A stretch of 64,000 bases of DNA. Source: Candidatus Omnitrophota bacterium (lineage in GTDB: Bacteria > Omnitrophota > Gorgyraeia > Gygaellales > Profunditerraquicolaceae). How positions within the stretch are numbered: the first letter of the stretch is position 1; each line of letters starts with the position of its first letter. The DNA lies in assembly GCA_028715415.1 (NCBI GenBank), contig JAQURX010000007.1, forward strand, positions 11,898-75,897. The letters run 5' to 3'. Below, piece by piece: positions 1 through 10,089 of the stretch. The notes beneath the pieces were generated by a model. That model did not search any database. It had not been told where the DNA came from and saw only the letters and a program-made list of their open reading frames with translations. The position numbers were made by a program, and so were the translations under genes.

Positions 1-337
1 ACGAATAGCGGCAGTTGCTAAGTCCAAGAAAGCTCAAAAAGTAGTTATCCTGCAGATGTCCGAAGAGGCTGGCTTCTGTGATTATTTTGTTATCGCAAGC
101 GCCACATCTTTAAGGCAGGTAAATGCGGTTGCCCGGGCAATAGAAGATGATTTAGCCAAAGACGGGATAAAATCTCTTTCGAAGGTCTTGCCTAGCGACG
201 AATCTGGTTGGGTTGTTTTAGATTTTGTTTCCATAGTAGTGCATATTTTCTACAAGCCACTAAGAGAATTTTATTCACTAGAACGTTTATGGGCAGACGC
301 TAAGAAAATCAGAGTTGCCCGTAGCAAGAAAATTTAG
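1..337 (+). CDS. rsfS: ribosome silencing factor RsfS (Iojap family), 5' partial; the reading frame is open from the window edge
   Basis: The translation ...KKAQKVVILQMSEEAGFCDYFVIASATSLRQVNAVARAIED...FYKPLREFYSLERLW matches the conserved RsfS DYFVI...R..Y.LE.LW signature. There is no stop upstream of the listed Met, so the gene starts before position 1. Confidence 0.8.
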   Translation, partial: RIAAVAKSKKAQKVVILQMSEEAGFCDYFVIASATSLRQVNAVARAIEDDLAKDGIKSLSKVLPSDESGWVVLDFVSIVVHIFYKPLREFYSLERLWADAKKIRVARSKKI

Positions 338-339
338 TC

Positions 340-373
340 AATGGTCACTGTCTGTATACAGGCAGTGACCATT
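340..373. terminator. near-perfect 34-bp palindrome (aatggtcactgTctgtatacagGcagtgaccatt) immediately after rsfS; a hairpin that is probably a terminator or processing site
   Basis: Read directly from the sequence: only one mismatched pair when compared with its own reverse complement. There is no U-tract after it, so its terminator function is uncertain. Confidence 0.35.
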
Positions 374-449
374 CCTTTCAAAAGCGGCTTCCTTTCTTTA
401 GATTGACCTGTGCTTATGCACAAAATCAAATTTCTTAAAGGATTTGTTA

Positions 450-2090
450 ATGTTAAAAGAAAATATCAATGATTTGTTGGTCGGGGTAATTAAAAACTCA
501 TTAAAGAACCTTGGCATGGATTCTTTTTCTAAGGAAGACCCATACCTTGATTTTTCTACCGATATCCGTTTCGGGGACCTTTCTACGAATATCGCCATGC
601 GCTTAAGTAAGCCTCTCCAGAAGCCCCCCAGAGAAGTAGCTTCTTTGATAATAGATGGCATTAAACAAGAGCTCCAAAAATCTAAATTTGGCGATTATGT
701 TAAGGAGATTAAAGTAGAAGGTGCCGGATTTATTAATTTTTATATAGCAGATAAATATTTTTATGAAAGATTAAGCGAACTTTTGGTTAAAGGCCCGGAT
801 TTCTTGAAATTAGATAAAGGCAAAGGCGCAAAAGCGTTGATTGAATTTGTAAGCGCCAATCCGACGGGTTCTCTTTCAGTTGCGCACGCAAGGCAGGCTG
901 CGGTAGGGGATTGCCTGGCAAATATTTTGCAGTTTCTTGGGTTTAACGTCCAGAGAGAATATTACCTTAATGATGAAGGTAACCAGATAAATATATTGGG
1001 TAGGTCAGTTGAATTAAGGATGAAAGAGCTTTCAGGAGAGAAGATTGAATTTCCTGAAGACCATTATCAGGGCGACTATATCTATGATATTGCAAAGAAA
1101 GCTCAAGAGGAAAAAATTACAGCAGAGAATCTCGGCGATTATGCCGGAAATTATATCTTGGATATCATTAGAAAGGAACTTGATGATTTTGGGGTTAAAT
1201 TTGACTGCTGGTATTCTCAGAAAGAATTAAGGAAGCAGGGTAAAATTGAAGAAGCACTTAATTTTTTAAAGAAGAAAGGTTATCTTTATGATCAGGATGG
1301 CGCTTTATGGTTTAAGTCAACTGAATTTGGAGATGATAAAGACAGGGTAATCATAAAAAGCGACGGATCATATACGTATTTGGCCCCCGATATCGCTTAT
1401 CATCAGGAAAAGTATAAGCGTGGTTTTGAATGGCTTATTAATCTTTGGGGCCCAGATCACCATGGCTATATTAATAGGATAAAGGCTTCGGTCCAGGCTT
1501 TTGGAAAAGATGCATCAAGCCTTTCAATAGTTATTGTTCAACTGGCAACTATATTTAGGGGAGGGAAACCCGTGCAGATGTCCACAAGGCGGGGGCAATA
1601 CATAACTCTGCGCGAGGTGCTTGATGAAGTCGGGGTTGACGCTTCAAGGTTCTTTTTTATTATGCGCAGGACTTCAAGCCACCTTGATTTTGACCTTGAT
1701 GTTGCCAAGAAGCAGACCGCGGAGAATCCTGTTTATTATGTGCAGTATGCCCACGCGAGGATCTGCAGTATCTTACGCTCAAGCGGTGTTGATACGGCCA
1801 AGGACGCTGATTTCTCATTGTTAAAGGAAAAAGAAGAGTTGGCTTTAATAAAGAAGATACTTCAATTTTCATATATAACAAATATTTGCCTTATAACTCA
1901 GGATCCTTATATGCTGACAGTTTATCTGCAGGAGGTTTCCGAGAGTTTTCATAAATTTTATGATTTGCACCGTGTTTTGGGCCAGTCTGATGCATTAACT
2001 AAAGCGCGTCTGGCCTTAATTGATGCAACCAGAATTGTAATTGCTAAAGGTTTGGAACTAGCAGGCGTAACACGTCCAGAGAAAATGTAG
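450..2090 (+). CDS. argS: arginine--tRNA ligase (ArgS)
   Basis: ANPTG motif region (EFVSANPTGSLSVAHARQAAVGD), class I aaRS architecture, and a C-terminal DALR anticodon-binding region ending ...AGVTRPEKM. The ATG at 450 is preferred over the TTG at 444 because AAAGGA lies 7 nt upstream of it. Confidence 0.9.
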   Translation: MLKENINDLLVGVIKNSLKNLGMDSFSKEDPYLDFSTDIRFGDLSTNIAMRLSKPLQKPPREVASLIIDGIKQELQKSKFGDYVKEIKVEGAGFINFYIADKYFYERLSELLVKGPDFLKLDKGKGAKALIEFVSANPTGSLSVAHARQAAVGDCLANILQFLGFNVQREYYLNDEGNQINILGRSVELRMKELSGEKIEFPEDHYQGDYIYDIAKKAQEEKITAENLGDYAGNYILDIIRKELDDFGVKFDCWYSQKELRKQGKIEEALNFLKKKGYLYDQDGALWFKSTEFGDDKDRVIIKSDGSYTYLAPDIAYHQEKYKRGFEWLINLWGPDHHGYINRIKASVQAFGKDASSLSIVIVQLATIFRGGKPVQMSTRRGQYITLREVLDEVGVDASRFFFIMRRTSSHLDFDLDVAKKQTAENPVYYVQYAHARICSILRSSGVDTAKDADFSLLKEKEELALIKKILQFSYITNICLITQDPYMLTVYLQEVSESFHKFYDLHRVLGQSDALTKARLALIDATRIVIAKGLELAGVTRPEKM

Positions 2091-3779
2091 ATGCATAGCC
2101 ACAAAATAGTAAAGGTCTCCCCGCAAAACCCTATCCTTCAGGAAAAATTATCTTCTGAACTAAAAATCTCTAAAGTAATAGCCCAGTTATTAATAAACCG
2201 GTCAATACAAAATGTTGAGGAAGCGCGAAAGTTCCTTCAACCGAACCCCAAAAACCTGCACGATCCTTTTTCTTTCCATGGTATGGAAAAAGCAGTAAGT
2301 ATTATTCGTAAGGCTATTAAGAATAAAGAGAAAATCATGGTTTTTGGAGATTATGATGTAGACGGCATAACAGCTGCTGCCTTGGTTAAGGAAACTATTA
2401 TGAAATTAGGAGGGGATTGCCTGCATTATTTGCCGCACAGGATAAAAGAAGGGTACGGCTTAAGTAAAGATATCGCAAATATAGTTAAGGAAAAAAAGGT
2501 AAAACTTCTTATTACCGTTGATTGCGGGACAAGTAATCATGGCCAGATAGAAGAGTTAAGGCATTTGGGTATTGAGGTAGTTATCACAGACCATCATGAG
2601 CAATCAAGTATGCATCTTCCTTGCGCCTCTAGCATTATTAACCCTAAAACTAAAGCCTCCAGTTATAAATTCAGGGATTTAGCAGGAGTGGGTGTTGCCT
2701 ATAAACTCTGCCAAGCGCTTACTGAGAAGATGCTGCTTGATGATTTGGATTTGGTTTCTTTGGGAACCATTGCTGATTCGGTTTCTTTGACCGGGGAGAA
2801 CCGTATCTTTGCTAAGGAAGGCCTGAAAAGATTCCCACAAACTAAAAGAGAGGGCCTGCGTTCATTAATCAGAAATGCGGGGATAGAAAACAAAAAGTTT
2901 ACTTCTACGTATATTAGCTTTATCCTTGCCCCGCGGATTAATGCAAGCGGCAGGATGGATAGCGCTGAATTATCTTTAAAATTATTGATGGCTAAAGATA
3001 GAGAGGAAGCGGATGAATTAGCCAAGGCGCTTGAATCATTTAATCGTAAACGTCAGCAGGTTGAGTCAAAAATACTTGAAGAAGCGCAGGATTTGATTGA
3101 AAAGGAAGTTAATTTTAAGGAACACAAGATTATTGTCATTGCTAAAGAGGACTGGCATCAGGGAGTTTTAGGAATAGTTGCCTCAAAATTGGCAGATAGG
3201 TTTTATCGTCCGGCAATTGTAATCTCCCTAAGTGAGAATTTATGCAAAGGTTCGGCGCGATCCATAAAGAATTTCCATTTATTTGAAGCGCTCGTAGATT
3301 GCAAGGATTTATTGGATACGTTCGGTGGGCACAGCCATGCAGCAGGGCTTTTGATTTCAAAAGCAAATATTGATGATTTTAGAAAAAGTATTAATAAATT
3401 GGCAAATCAAAAGCTTGTCTTGGAAGATCTATTGCCCAGTATTGATATTGATGTGGATTTGCCGCTTTCTGATTTAAATGAAAAGCTTGTATTGCAGTTA
3501 GAGGCTTTGGAGCCATTTGGCATGGCAAACCCTGAGCCACTTTTCTTTACTAGAAACCTTAAAGTTAAGGGGCAGATGCAAATCTTAAATAGGGCTACAA
3601 TTAAGTTCTGGGTAAGCGATGGACAAATAACTTTTCCTGCCATCGGCTTTGGGATGAGTAGCCTTAAAGACAGCTTGTTAAGTTCAAATAGTTTTGACTT
3701 AGTTTATAGCCCTAGGATTGATTCGTGGCGCGGAGATTCATCAATTATCTTGGAAATCAGGGATATTTTTATCAGGTAG
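2091..3779 (+). CDS. recJ: single-stranded-DNA-specific exonuclease RecJ (DHH/DHHA1 family)
   Basis: GDYDVDGITAAAL motif I and TDHH motif III, typical RecJ length, followed by an OB-like C-terminal region. Confidence 0.9.
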   Translation: MHSHKIVKVSPQNPILQEKLSSELKISKVIAQLLINRSIQNVEEARKFLQPNPKNLHDPFSFHGMEKAVSIIRKAIKNKEKIMVFGDYDVDGITAAALVKETIMKLGGDCLHYLPHRIKEGYGLSKDIANIVKEKKVKLLITVDCGTSNHGQIEELRHLGIEVVITDHHEQSSMHLPCASSIINPKTKASSYKFRDLAGVGVAYKLCQALTEKMLLDDLDLVSLGTIADSVSLTGENRIFAKEGLKRFPQTKREGLRSLIRNAGIENKKFTSTYISFILAPRINASGRMDSAELSLKLLMAKDREEADELAKALESFNRKRQQVESKILEEAQDLIEKEVNFKEHKIIVIAKEDWHQGVLGIVASKLADRFYRPAIVISLSENLCKGSARSIKNFHLFEALVDCKDLLDTFGGHSHAAGLLISKANIDDFRKSINKLANQKLVLEDLLPSIDIDVDLPLSDLNEKLVLQLEALEPFGMANPEPLFFTRNLKVKGQMQILNRATIKFWVSDGQITFPAIGFGMSSLKDSLLSSNSFDLVYSPRIDSWRGDSSIILEIRDIFIR

Positions 3780-3782
3780 GTT

Positions 3783-4010
3783 TTAAGCTTTCTGAAAGTT
3801 ACCCTTTTTGATGCATTTTGCGCAGATATAGACTTTTCTCGGGTGGCCGTTAACCAAAATACGCATTTTTTGAAGGTTCGGAAGGAACCTGCGCATAGTC
3901 CAGCGGCTGATTTTGCTTCCAGTTCCGCCTTTACTTTTGGCTAAACCTTTTCTAGTGACAGTTTTCCCTTTGAGTTCGCCTTTTTTGCATATAGCACATT
4001 TTTTTAACAT
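3783..4010 (-). CDS. rpmB: 50S ribosomal protein L28 (Cys-cluster, zinc-binding type)
   Basis: RRFLPNLQKMRILVNGHPRKVYICAKCIKKG matches the L28 core, and the CxxC...CxxC pairs are present. Confidence 0.8.
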   Translation of the reverse strand: MLKKCAICKKGELKGKTVTRKGLAKSKGGTGSKISRWTMRRFLPNLQKMRILVNGHPRKVYICAKCIKKGNFQKA

Positions 4011-4093
4011 GTTTATTCACTCCTATTATGTAGATTCTTTAGAGCTTAAAGTATACTTGAAAATACGCGATTGTCAAGATAAAATGAGTACCT

Positions 4094-7000
4094 ATGAGTG
4101 AAAAAGACTTAAGATTGCTTAAATTCCCCCAGGTCCTTGTTGTTGAGGCGTCAGCCGGGAGTGGGAAAACCTATTGTTTGGCCAAAAGGTATATCCAGCT
4201 CTTAATTCAGCCAGGGCTTAACCCTAACAATGTCCCTCTTAATACTATCTTAGCTATTACTTTTACGAATAAAGCCGCTCTTGAGATGAAAGAGAGGATA
4301 CTTGAATTCTTAAAAAGAATAGCTTTGGATAAGTTTTCCAGCCAGAAAGAAAAAGACGAATTTCTTTCTTTTTTAAGCCAGGATAAAGCAGAAGCTCAGG
4401 AAAAAGCACGTGTTATTATGGATTACCTGGTTAGAAACTACAATTTTTTTCAGGTTCAAACTATAGATAGTTTTATCAACGCAATTCTTTCCGGATGCGC
4501 TTTCAGGCTTAACCTATCCGCAAATTTCAAAACCGAAGAAAACTCCCGTGATTATCTTAGTTTTAGTTTGGATAAACTTATTGATAAAGCTTCAACTCAA
4601 AAAGATACCCTTAAGCTTTTCCATTCTTTCTTAAGGCAGTATATCTACATTGAAGCTTTTACAGGCTGGTTCCCTAAACAAAATATACTCTCTACGATGA
4701 ATTCTTTATTCTTTGAATTCAATAAGTATGCCGGGGATTTTGTTGGTAATAATGTAGGGGTAGAAGATTTAATTTCAGTAAGGAAAGACATTTTAAGGCT
4801 GATGGCAGAATTAAACAATCATCTTCCTAAAGGCACTGATGCACGTTTTCAAAAGAGCCTCGCTGTTTTCTTAGAGCAAAATAAAGATAACTTTGAGATT
4901 GATAATCTTTCAAATTTCTTTAAAAGAGAGGGTTTCCCTATCAACAAGGGCAATAGCGTGCCTGATGAGGTCAGGGATTTTTGGTCTGAAGTTAAGAAAA
5001 AGATTAAGGGGCTTTGTGAGTTGGAGGCTTCTTCAGCGTTTAATTGCTATATAGATATATTTGAAAAACTTGAAAAAGATTTAATTGAGCTTGCCAGCAA
5101 AGACGACTGTTTATTTTTGGAATCTTTAAATAAAGAAGCGCGCTTTCTTTTTGATAAAAGATCCATGGGGTTGCCGGAACTTTATTACCGCCTTGCTACC
5201 CGTTTCAGGCATTTTTTGATTGATGAATTCCAGGATACAAGCCTCCTGCAGTGGGAAAATCTGTTTCTAATGATTGAAGAGGCTCTTTCCACAAGCGGTT
5301 CATTATTCTTTGTTGGGGATAAGAAACAGGCGATTTACAGATTTAGAGGAGGAGAGGCTTGCCTTATTGATGAGGTAAAAGAAACCTTCAAAGATTTTAA
5401 CCTGATTGAAGAAAGCTTAAACAAAAATTACCGCAGCCGCAAGGAAATCGTTGATTTCAACAATGCGATTTTTTCTTTGGATAACTTGAAACGATTTGTA
5501 AGCCAAAACGAAGAGTTATCCGCTCAAGGTTTGGAATTTGGGGTTGATGATTTAGATAGGCTTACTAATATTTTTGAATCTTCAAAGCAGGAGAGCCGAG
5601 ATGATTTATTGGGTGGATATGTAGAGGGGCAAATTATAGACGTTAAGACAAAAGAAGAAAGAGATGATTTGATAAAGGAAAGAGTCATCGCATTGATTGA
5701 AGATTTGAGAAAAAGATTTTCTCTAAAGGATATCGCATTTTTAACGAGGAAAAATGATGAGGTTGAGTTGTTAACTTCTTGGTTTATGGAAGAAAGGATT
5801 CCTGTTGAATCCGAAAAAACGCTTGATATAAGGCAGAATTCATACATTAAAGAAATTGTTTCTTTCTTGAAGTTCCTGAATTCTCCAATCGATAACCTTT
5901 CTTTTGTTTCTTTTATAACCGGAGAAATTTTCTGCAGGGCTTCTGGATTAAAGTTAGACAAGATTCAGGATTTCCTCTTTGAGCTTAATGAGAATAGAAA
6001 AAATGACGCAGTGTATATTTACAGGGAGTTCCGTTTAAGATTCCCCAAGGTATGGGATGATTTAATTGAAGAGTTTTTTAAGAGCGTCGGTTTCGTCCCC
6101 CTTTATGAGCTGGTAATTAGTATCTTCAGTAGATTTAATGTCTTAAATGATTTTTCGGAATACCAGGGTTTCTTTATGAAATTTCTTGAGTTAGTCAAGG
6201 AGGAAGAAGATAAAACCTTAGATATTGATTCGTTCCTGGAATCGTTTGAAAATACAAATAGCGAAGATTTATATGTTAACGCAACGCAGACCAATGCAGT
6301 TAAGATTATTACCATACACAAGTCTAAGGGGCTGCAATTCCCTGTAGTTATTGTGCCTTTCTTGGAAATGGATGTTAAGGTGAATTCTCACATAGTTAAT
6401 GCTTCCGATGATTGCTTGCAGCTGTTGCGTATTAAAAAAGAATACGCAGAATTCTCTCCGATGCTAATGGGCATTTATAGGCGTAATTATTTAAAGTCAT
6501 TTATTGATGAACTAAACAGTATTTATGTAGCATTCACCCGTCCGGAAGAAGAACTTTATTTTTTTGTTTCTCCAAGAACCGGGAAAAGGGTTAATCCTGT
6601 AAGTTTGCTTGTCGCTAATAATGAATTGATAAGGAGTGGAAAGCTTGAAGTTAAGAATAGGCCGCAAGAAAACCATCCGCCTATGAAAGAAATATCCCCT
6701 TCAAAATACCGTGATTGGATTTGCCAACTGAAAGAAGAATTTATTGAGGAAAAAGTATTGGCTAATAGAGATAAAATCTTAAGAGGAGAAGTATTGCATA
6801 ATATTCTTTGTAACATCGGGAATTTGTATAAGCAGGACAAAGAATTAGCTATAAGCGCGGCATTTAAGAAAGCAGTTTCCATATTCCCTGATTACAATTA
6901 TTTTCAGGAATTGCTTCCTGTAATTAAGAAATTGTTAAGCGATAAAAGATTTACGCAATATTTTGAAGTTGCTTCAGGGAGTGTTTATCTGGAGCAGGAG

Positions 7001-7219
7001 ATTGTGGATAAATATGGGAATGCCAGGCGGATTGATAGGTTAATAATTAATTCAGAAGAAGCCATAGTGGTAGACTATAAGAGTAGCGCAGAAGGCACTC
7101 TTGATTATAAAGAGCAGGTTAAACAATATATGGATATAGTGCGGGGCATATACCCTAAGTTGAAAGTCAAGGGTATCTTGTTGTATTTGGATAATTTAGG
7201 TATAGAAGAGGTTAATTAA
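4094..7219 (+). CDS. addA: AddA-like ATP-dependent helicase/nuclease (UvrD-type SF1 helicase fused to a C-terminal PD-(D/E)XK nuclease)
   Basis: Helicase motifs are present in order: motif I AGSGKT, Ia TFTNKAA, II DEFQD, III GDKKQAIYRFRGG, IV NYRSR, V TIHKSKGLQFPVV, VI YVAFTRPEEEL. The C-terminus carries RIDRLII...VVDYKSS...QVKQY, a RecB-type nuclease signature. Confidence 0.8.
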   Translation: MSEKDLRLLKFPQVLVVEASAGSGKTYCLAKRYIQLLIQPGLNPNNVPLNTILAITFTNKAALEMKERILEFLKRIALDKFSSQKEKDEFLSFLSQDKAEAQEKARVIMDYLVRNYNFFQVQTIDSFINAILSGCAFRLNLSANFKTEENSRDYLSFSLDKLIDKASTQKDTLKLFHSFLRQYIYIEAFTGWFPKQNILSTMNSLFFEFNKYAGDFVGNNVGVEDLISVRKDILRLMAELNNHLPKGTDARFQKSLAVFLEQNKDNFEIDNLSNFFKREGFPINKGNSVPDEVRDFWSEVKKKIKGLCELEASSAFNCYIDIFEKLEKDLIELASKDDCLFLESLNKEARFLFDKRSMGLPELYYRLATRFRHFLIDEFQDTSLLQWENLFLMIEEALSTSGSLFFVGDKKQAIYRFRGGEACLIDEVKETFKDFNLIEESLNKNYRSRKEIVDFNNAIFSLDNLKRFVSQNEELSAQGLEFGVDDLDRLTNIFESSKQESRDDLLGGYVEGQIIDVKTKEERDDLIKERVIALIEDLRKRFSLKDIAFLTRKNDEVELLTSWFMEERIPVESEKTLDIRQNSYIKEIVSFLKFLNSPIDNLSFVSFITGEIFCRASGLKLDKIQDFLFELNENRKNDAVYIYREFRLRFPKVWDDLIEEFFKSVGFVPLYELVISIFSRFNVLNDFSEYQGFFMKFLELVKEEEDKTLDIDSFLESFENTNSEDLYVNATQTNAVKIITIHKSKGLQFPVVIVPFLEMDVKVNSHIVNASDDCLQLLRIKKEYAEFSPMLMGIYRRNYLKSFIDELNSIYVAFTRPEEELYFFVSPRTGKRVNPVSLLVANNELIRSGKLEVKNRPQENHPPMKEISPSKYRDWICQLKEEFIEEKVLANRDKILRGEVLHNILCNIGNLYKQDKELAISAAFKKAVSIFPDYNYFQELLPVIKKLLSDKRFTQYFEVASGSVYLEQEIVDKYGNARRIDRLIINSEEAIVVDYKSSAEGTLDYKEQVKQYMDIVRGIYPKLKVKGILLYLDNLGIEEVN

Positions 7220-10062
7220 TGCAAAGAGTCGTCACTTATAATTTGGCCGATAATTTTATTGAAGAATTCTCCAGTTACTTAGAAAACAACTTTATTAAGA
7301 AAGGCCGTAATTTGAGCAAGGTTGCTATTGTGTTTGGAGGTAAAAGGCCGGCTCTATTTTTAAAGAAAGAACTTGCCGCAGGAATTAAAAAAAGTTTTTT
7401 CCCCCCGCGTTTTTTCTCTATTGATGAATTCGTTGAGTATTCTTTTTCTAAAAAGTATCCTTTCCGGAAAATTTCAGACCTTGAGGCGGCTTTTGTTATT
7501 TATAAGCTTGCGCAAGAATTATCTCCCGACTTATTAAGGGAAAGGGAGAGCTTTTCAAAATTCCTTCCTTGGGCAAGAGAGATAGTTTCTTTTATCGAAC
7601 AGCTTGATTTGGAAGATACGAAATTTGATTCTTTAAAGGGTATCCAGGAAAAAGCTAATATAGGATACGATGTCCCTGAGAGTATCAATCTTCTCTTGGA
7701 AAGAATTATTTCTTTGCGGGAAGCATATCATGAAGAACAAAAGAAGAAAGGTGTTTATTCAAAGGGATTAATTTATCTTCTTACTTCACAGTGTATGGGC
7801 GATATTGATTTTAGCGAATTTGAAGAAATTATTTTTTGCGGGTTTTTCTATATTCACAAAACAGAGTTAGCCGTAATAAAAAGCCTTTATGATGCTAACA
7901 AGGCTTTACTTTTCTTTCAAGGTTCCCAGGATGAATGGAGCGTGCTGGAAAGAAATTCCCGGAGTTTATCTATAGTAATAAAGCCGGAGAATATAAAGAA
8001 ACCAGAATATAAATTATCGGTATCAGCCGGTTTTGATTTGCATTCACAGGTTTGTTTGGCAAGAGACGTATTAAGAGGAATGCAGGAATTTGATAAGACT
8101 GTAGTTGTGTTGCCTGAGCCTGATCATGTAATATCGCTTCTTTCCGAGATTTCAGGTTATGTGAAAGATTTTAATGTTTCTATAGGCTACCCTTTGAAAA
8201 GAAGTTCGCTGTATTCACTTTTTGAGAATATTTTTAAAGCGCAGAATAACAAAAAGAATAGTGAGTATTATGCTAAAGATTACCTTAAGGTGTTGAGCCA
8301 TCCTTTGGTAAAAAACTTGAGAGTTTTAACTAAGCCTTCGGCAACGAGGGTGCTTATCCATAAGATTGAAGAAGTATTGTTGGGTATTGAAAAAACTTCT
8401 CTCGGAGGAAGGTTATTTTTTAATCTATCGGATATTGAAGAATCTAGAGAGTTATTTGATTCTGCCCTTAAGACGATGAATAATATGGATTTGGAAGTCA
8501 GCAGAGATGAGATAAAAACTGCTTTAAAAGAATTACACGGGTTTTTGTTTGTTTCATGGGAGAAATTAAGAAATTTCTATGATTTCTCTGTAAGCCTTGA
8601 GCAGTTTCTTGATCTTTTAGTAAAAAAAGGATTTTTAGCAGGGTATCCGCTAAATCTTAAGATGATTGAGAAGATATTTTTAATAAGGCAGGAGCTTTCC
8701 AGCGCTTCGTTTAGTAAGGAAGATTTTCCGGGAGAAGAAATCTTTAAAATATTTGAAAATAAGTTGGAGAATGAGATGGTTTCATTTTCCGGCTCGCCCT
8801 TAAAGGGGCTGCAGATTTTGGGGTTATTTGAAACCCGTTCTTTAAATTTCAAGAATGTCGTTATTTTGGATGTGAATGAATCAGTCCTGCCTAAGTTAAA
8901 GATTTACGAGCCTTTGATCCCAAGAGAGGTAATGATTAGTTTGGGGTTAAACAGACTGGAGAAAGAAGAAGAGATCCAGCGTTATCAGTTCATGCGCCTT
9001 GTTGCCTCGGCAAAAAATGTCCATTTATTATTTCAGAAGCGCCCTGATAAAGAAAAGAGCAGGTTTATTGAAGAAATCATCTGGGAAAAACAAAAAAATG
9101 AGAAAACTTTGAATGTATTGGAAATCCCACAGGCAAGTTTTAAGGTTAAGGTTCTGCCGAAAAGCGCAGAAGTTAAAAAGAATTCAAAAGTAATCAGATT
9201 TTTAAAGGAGCGCGAATATTCAGCTTCCAGTATTAATACTTATCTTAACTGCCCGTTACGTTTTTATTACCAATATGTATTGGGCCTAAAAGAGAAAGAG
9301 GATTTGCTTGAGGAGCCTCTAGGCAAAGATATCGGAACTTTTGTTCACGAGTTGCTTAAAGAATCATTCTCCTTGTTTATCGGAAAAAGGCCGATAATTG
9401 ATTCGGAATTTAAGAATAAGTTCAAAGCCGATTTAGATAATAGATTTAAAGATGAGTTTGAGAAGAAGATGAGGTCGGATGCTTTTCTTATTAAAGAGAT
9501 ACTTGACTTTAGGATGGAGAAATTTCTTCTTAATGAGGAATACAGGCCGGTAAAAGAAATACTTAGTTTAGAGAAAACATTTAAAGGGGTGCTTAACTTA
9601 AAATCAGGAAATTTTAAATATAAGTCAATAATTGATAGGGTTGATTTGTTAACAGATAACAGTATTTTAATTATTGATTATAAGACTGGGAGTTCTGATA
9701 TCATGCCGTCTTCTTATGAAAAGATTGCTTCGTCGGAATTTACAAGGGCTTCGCTTAAAAATACATTAAAGTCAGTCCAGCTGCCGCTGTATCTGTATTC
9801 TGTGGAAAGCCGGGGAGAATTTGAGAATCAAAAAATCAATGCCTGCCTTTATTCATTAAGAGATATGCAGAAGAACTACGGATTGAATATGCTTTTTAAG
9901 AATGATGCTCAGGTTGCTGACAGAAAAAATATAATGCAGGTATATATTAAAGCTATGGATGCAATTTTGGCTGATGTTATTAATCCGGATGTGCCTTTTG
10001 TGGCGGATGAGGAAGATAACCGTCAATGTGAAACCTGCCCGTTTTTTTATATGTGTAGATAG
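7219..10062 (+). CDS. addB: AddB-like nuclease subunit (RecB-family PD-(D/E)XK nuclease with C-terminal Cys cluster); no recognisable Walker A
   Basis: Translationally coupled to addA (ATG overlaps the addA stop). The C-terminus has CPLRFYY...IIDYKTG...QLPLY and ends ...CETCPFFYMC, the AddB-type Fe-S/nuclease arrangement. The N-terminus VFGGKRPALF lacks GKT/S. Confidence 0.65.
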   Translation: MQRVVTYNLADNFIEEFSSYLENNFIKKGRNLSKVAIVFGGKRPALFLKKELAAGIKKSFFPPRFFSIDEFVEYSFSKKYPFRKISDLEAAFVIYKLAQELSPDLLRERESFSKFLPWAREIVSFIEQLDLEDTKFDSLKGIQEKANIGYDVPESINLLLERIISLREAYHEEQKKKGVYSKGLIYLLTSQCMGDIDFSEFEEIIFCGFFYIHKTELAVIKSLYDANKALLFFQGSQDEWSVLERNSRSLSIVIKPENIKKPEYKLSVSAGFDLHSQVCLARDVLRGMQEFDKTVVVLPEPDHVISLLSEISGYVKDFNVSIGYPLKRSSLYSLFENIFKAQNNKKNSEYYAKDYLKVLSHPLVKNLRVLTKPSATRVLIHKIEEVLLGIEKTSLGGRLFFNLSDIEESRELFDSALKTMNNMDLEVSRDEIKTALKELHGFLFVSWEKLRNFYDFSVSLEQFLDLLVKKGFLAGYPLNLKMIEKIFLIRQELSSASFSKEDFPGEEIFKIFENKLENEMVSFSGSPLKGLQILGLFETRSLNFKNVVILDVNESVLPKLKIYEPLIPREVMISLGLNRLEKEEEIQRYQFMRLVASAKNVHLLFQKRPDKEKSRFIEEIIWEKQKNEKTLNVLEIPQASFKVKVLPKSAEVKKNSKVIRFLKEREYSASSINTYLNCPLRFYYQYVLGLKEKEDLLEEPLGKDIGTFVHELLKESFSLFIGKRPIIDSEFKNKFKADLDNRFKDEFEKKMRSDAFLIKEILDFRMEKFLLNEEYRPVKEILSLEKTFKGVLNLKSGNFKYKSIIDRVDLLTDNSILIIDYKTGSSDIMPSSYEKIASSEFTRASLKNTLKSVQLPLYLYSVESRGEFENQKINACLYSLRDMQKNYGLNMLFKNDAQVADRKNIMQVYIKAMDAILADVINPDVPFVADEEDNRQCETCPFFYMCR

Positions 10063-10089
10063 TTTTATACTTTTAGCTTCGCGCTGAAT

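Noticed and set aside
2699-3643. Antisense ORFs of 60-145 aa within recJ, addA, addB, pnp, ftsK and others (minus-strand entries in the ORF track).
   Set aside because: They are embedded antisense to well-supported genes and lack RBSs. They are artefacts of low stop-codon density, as expected at this ORF length threshold.
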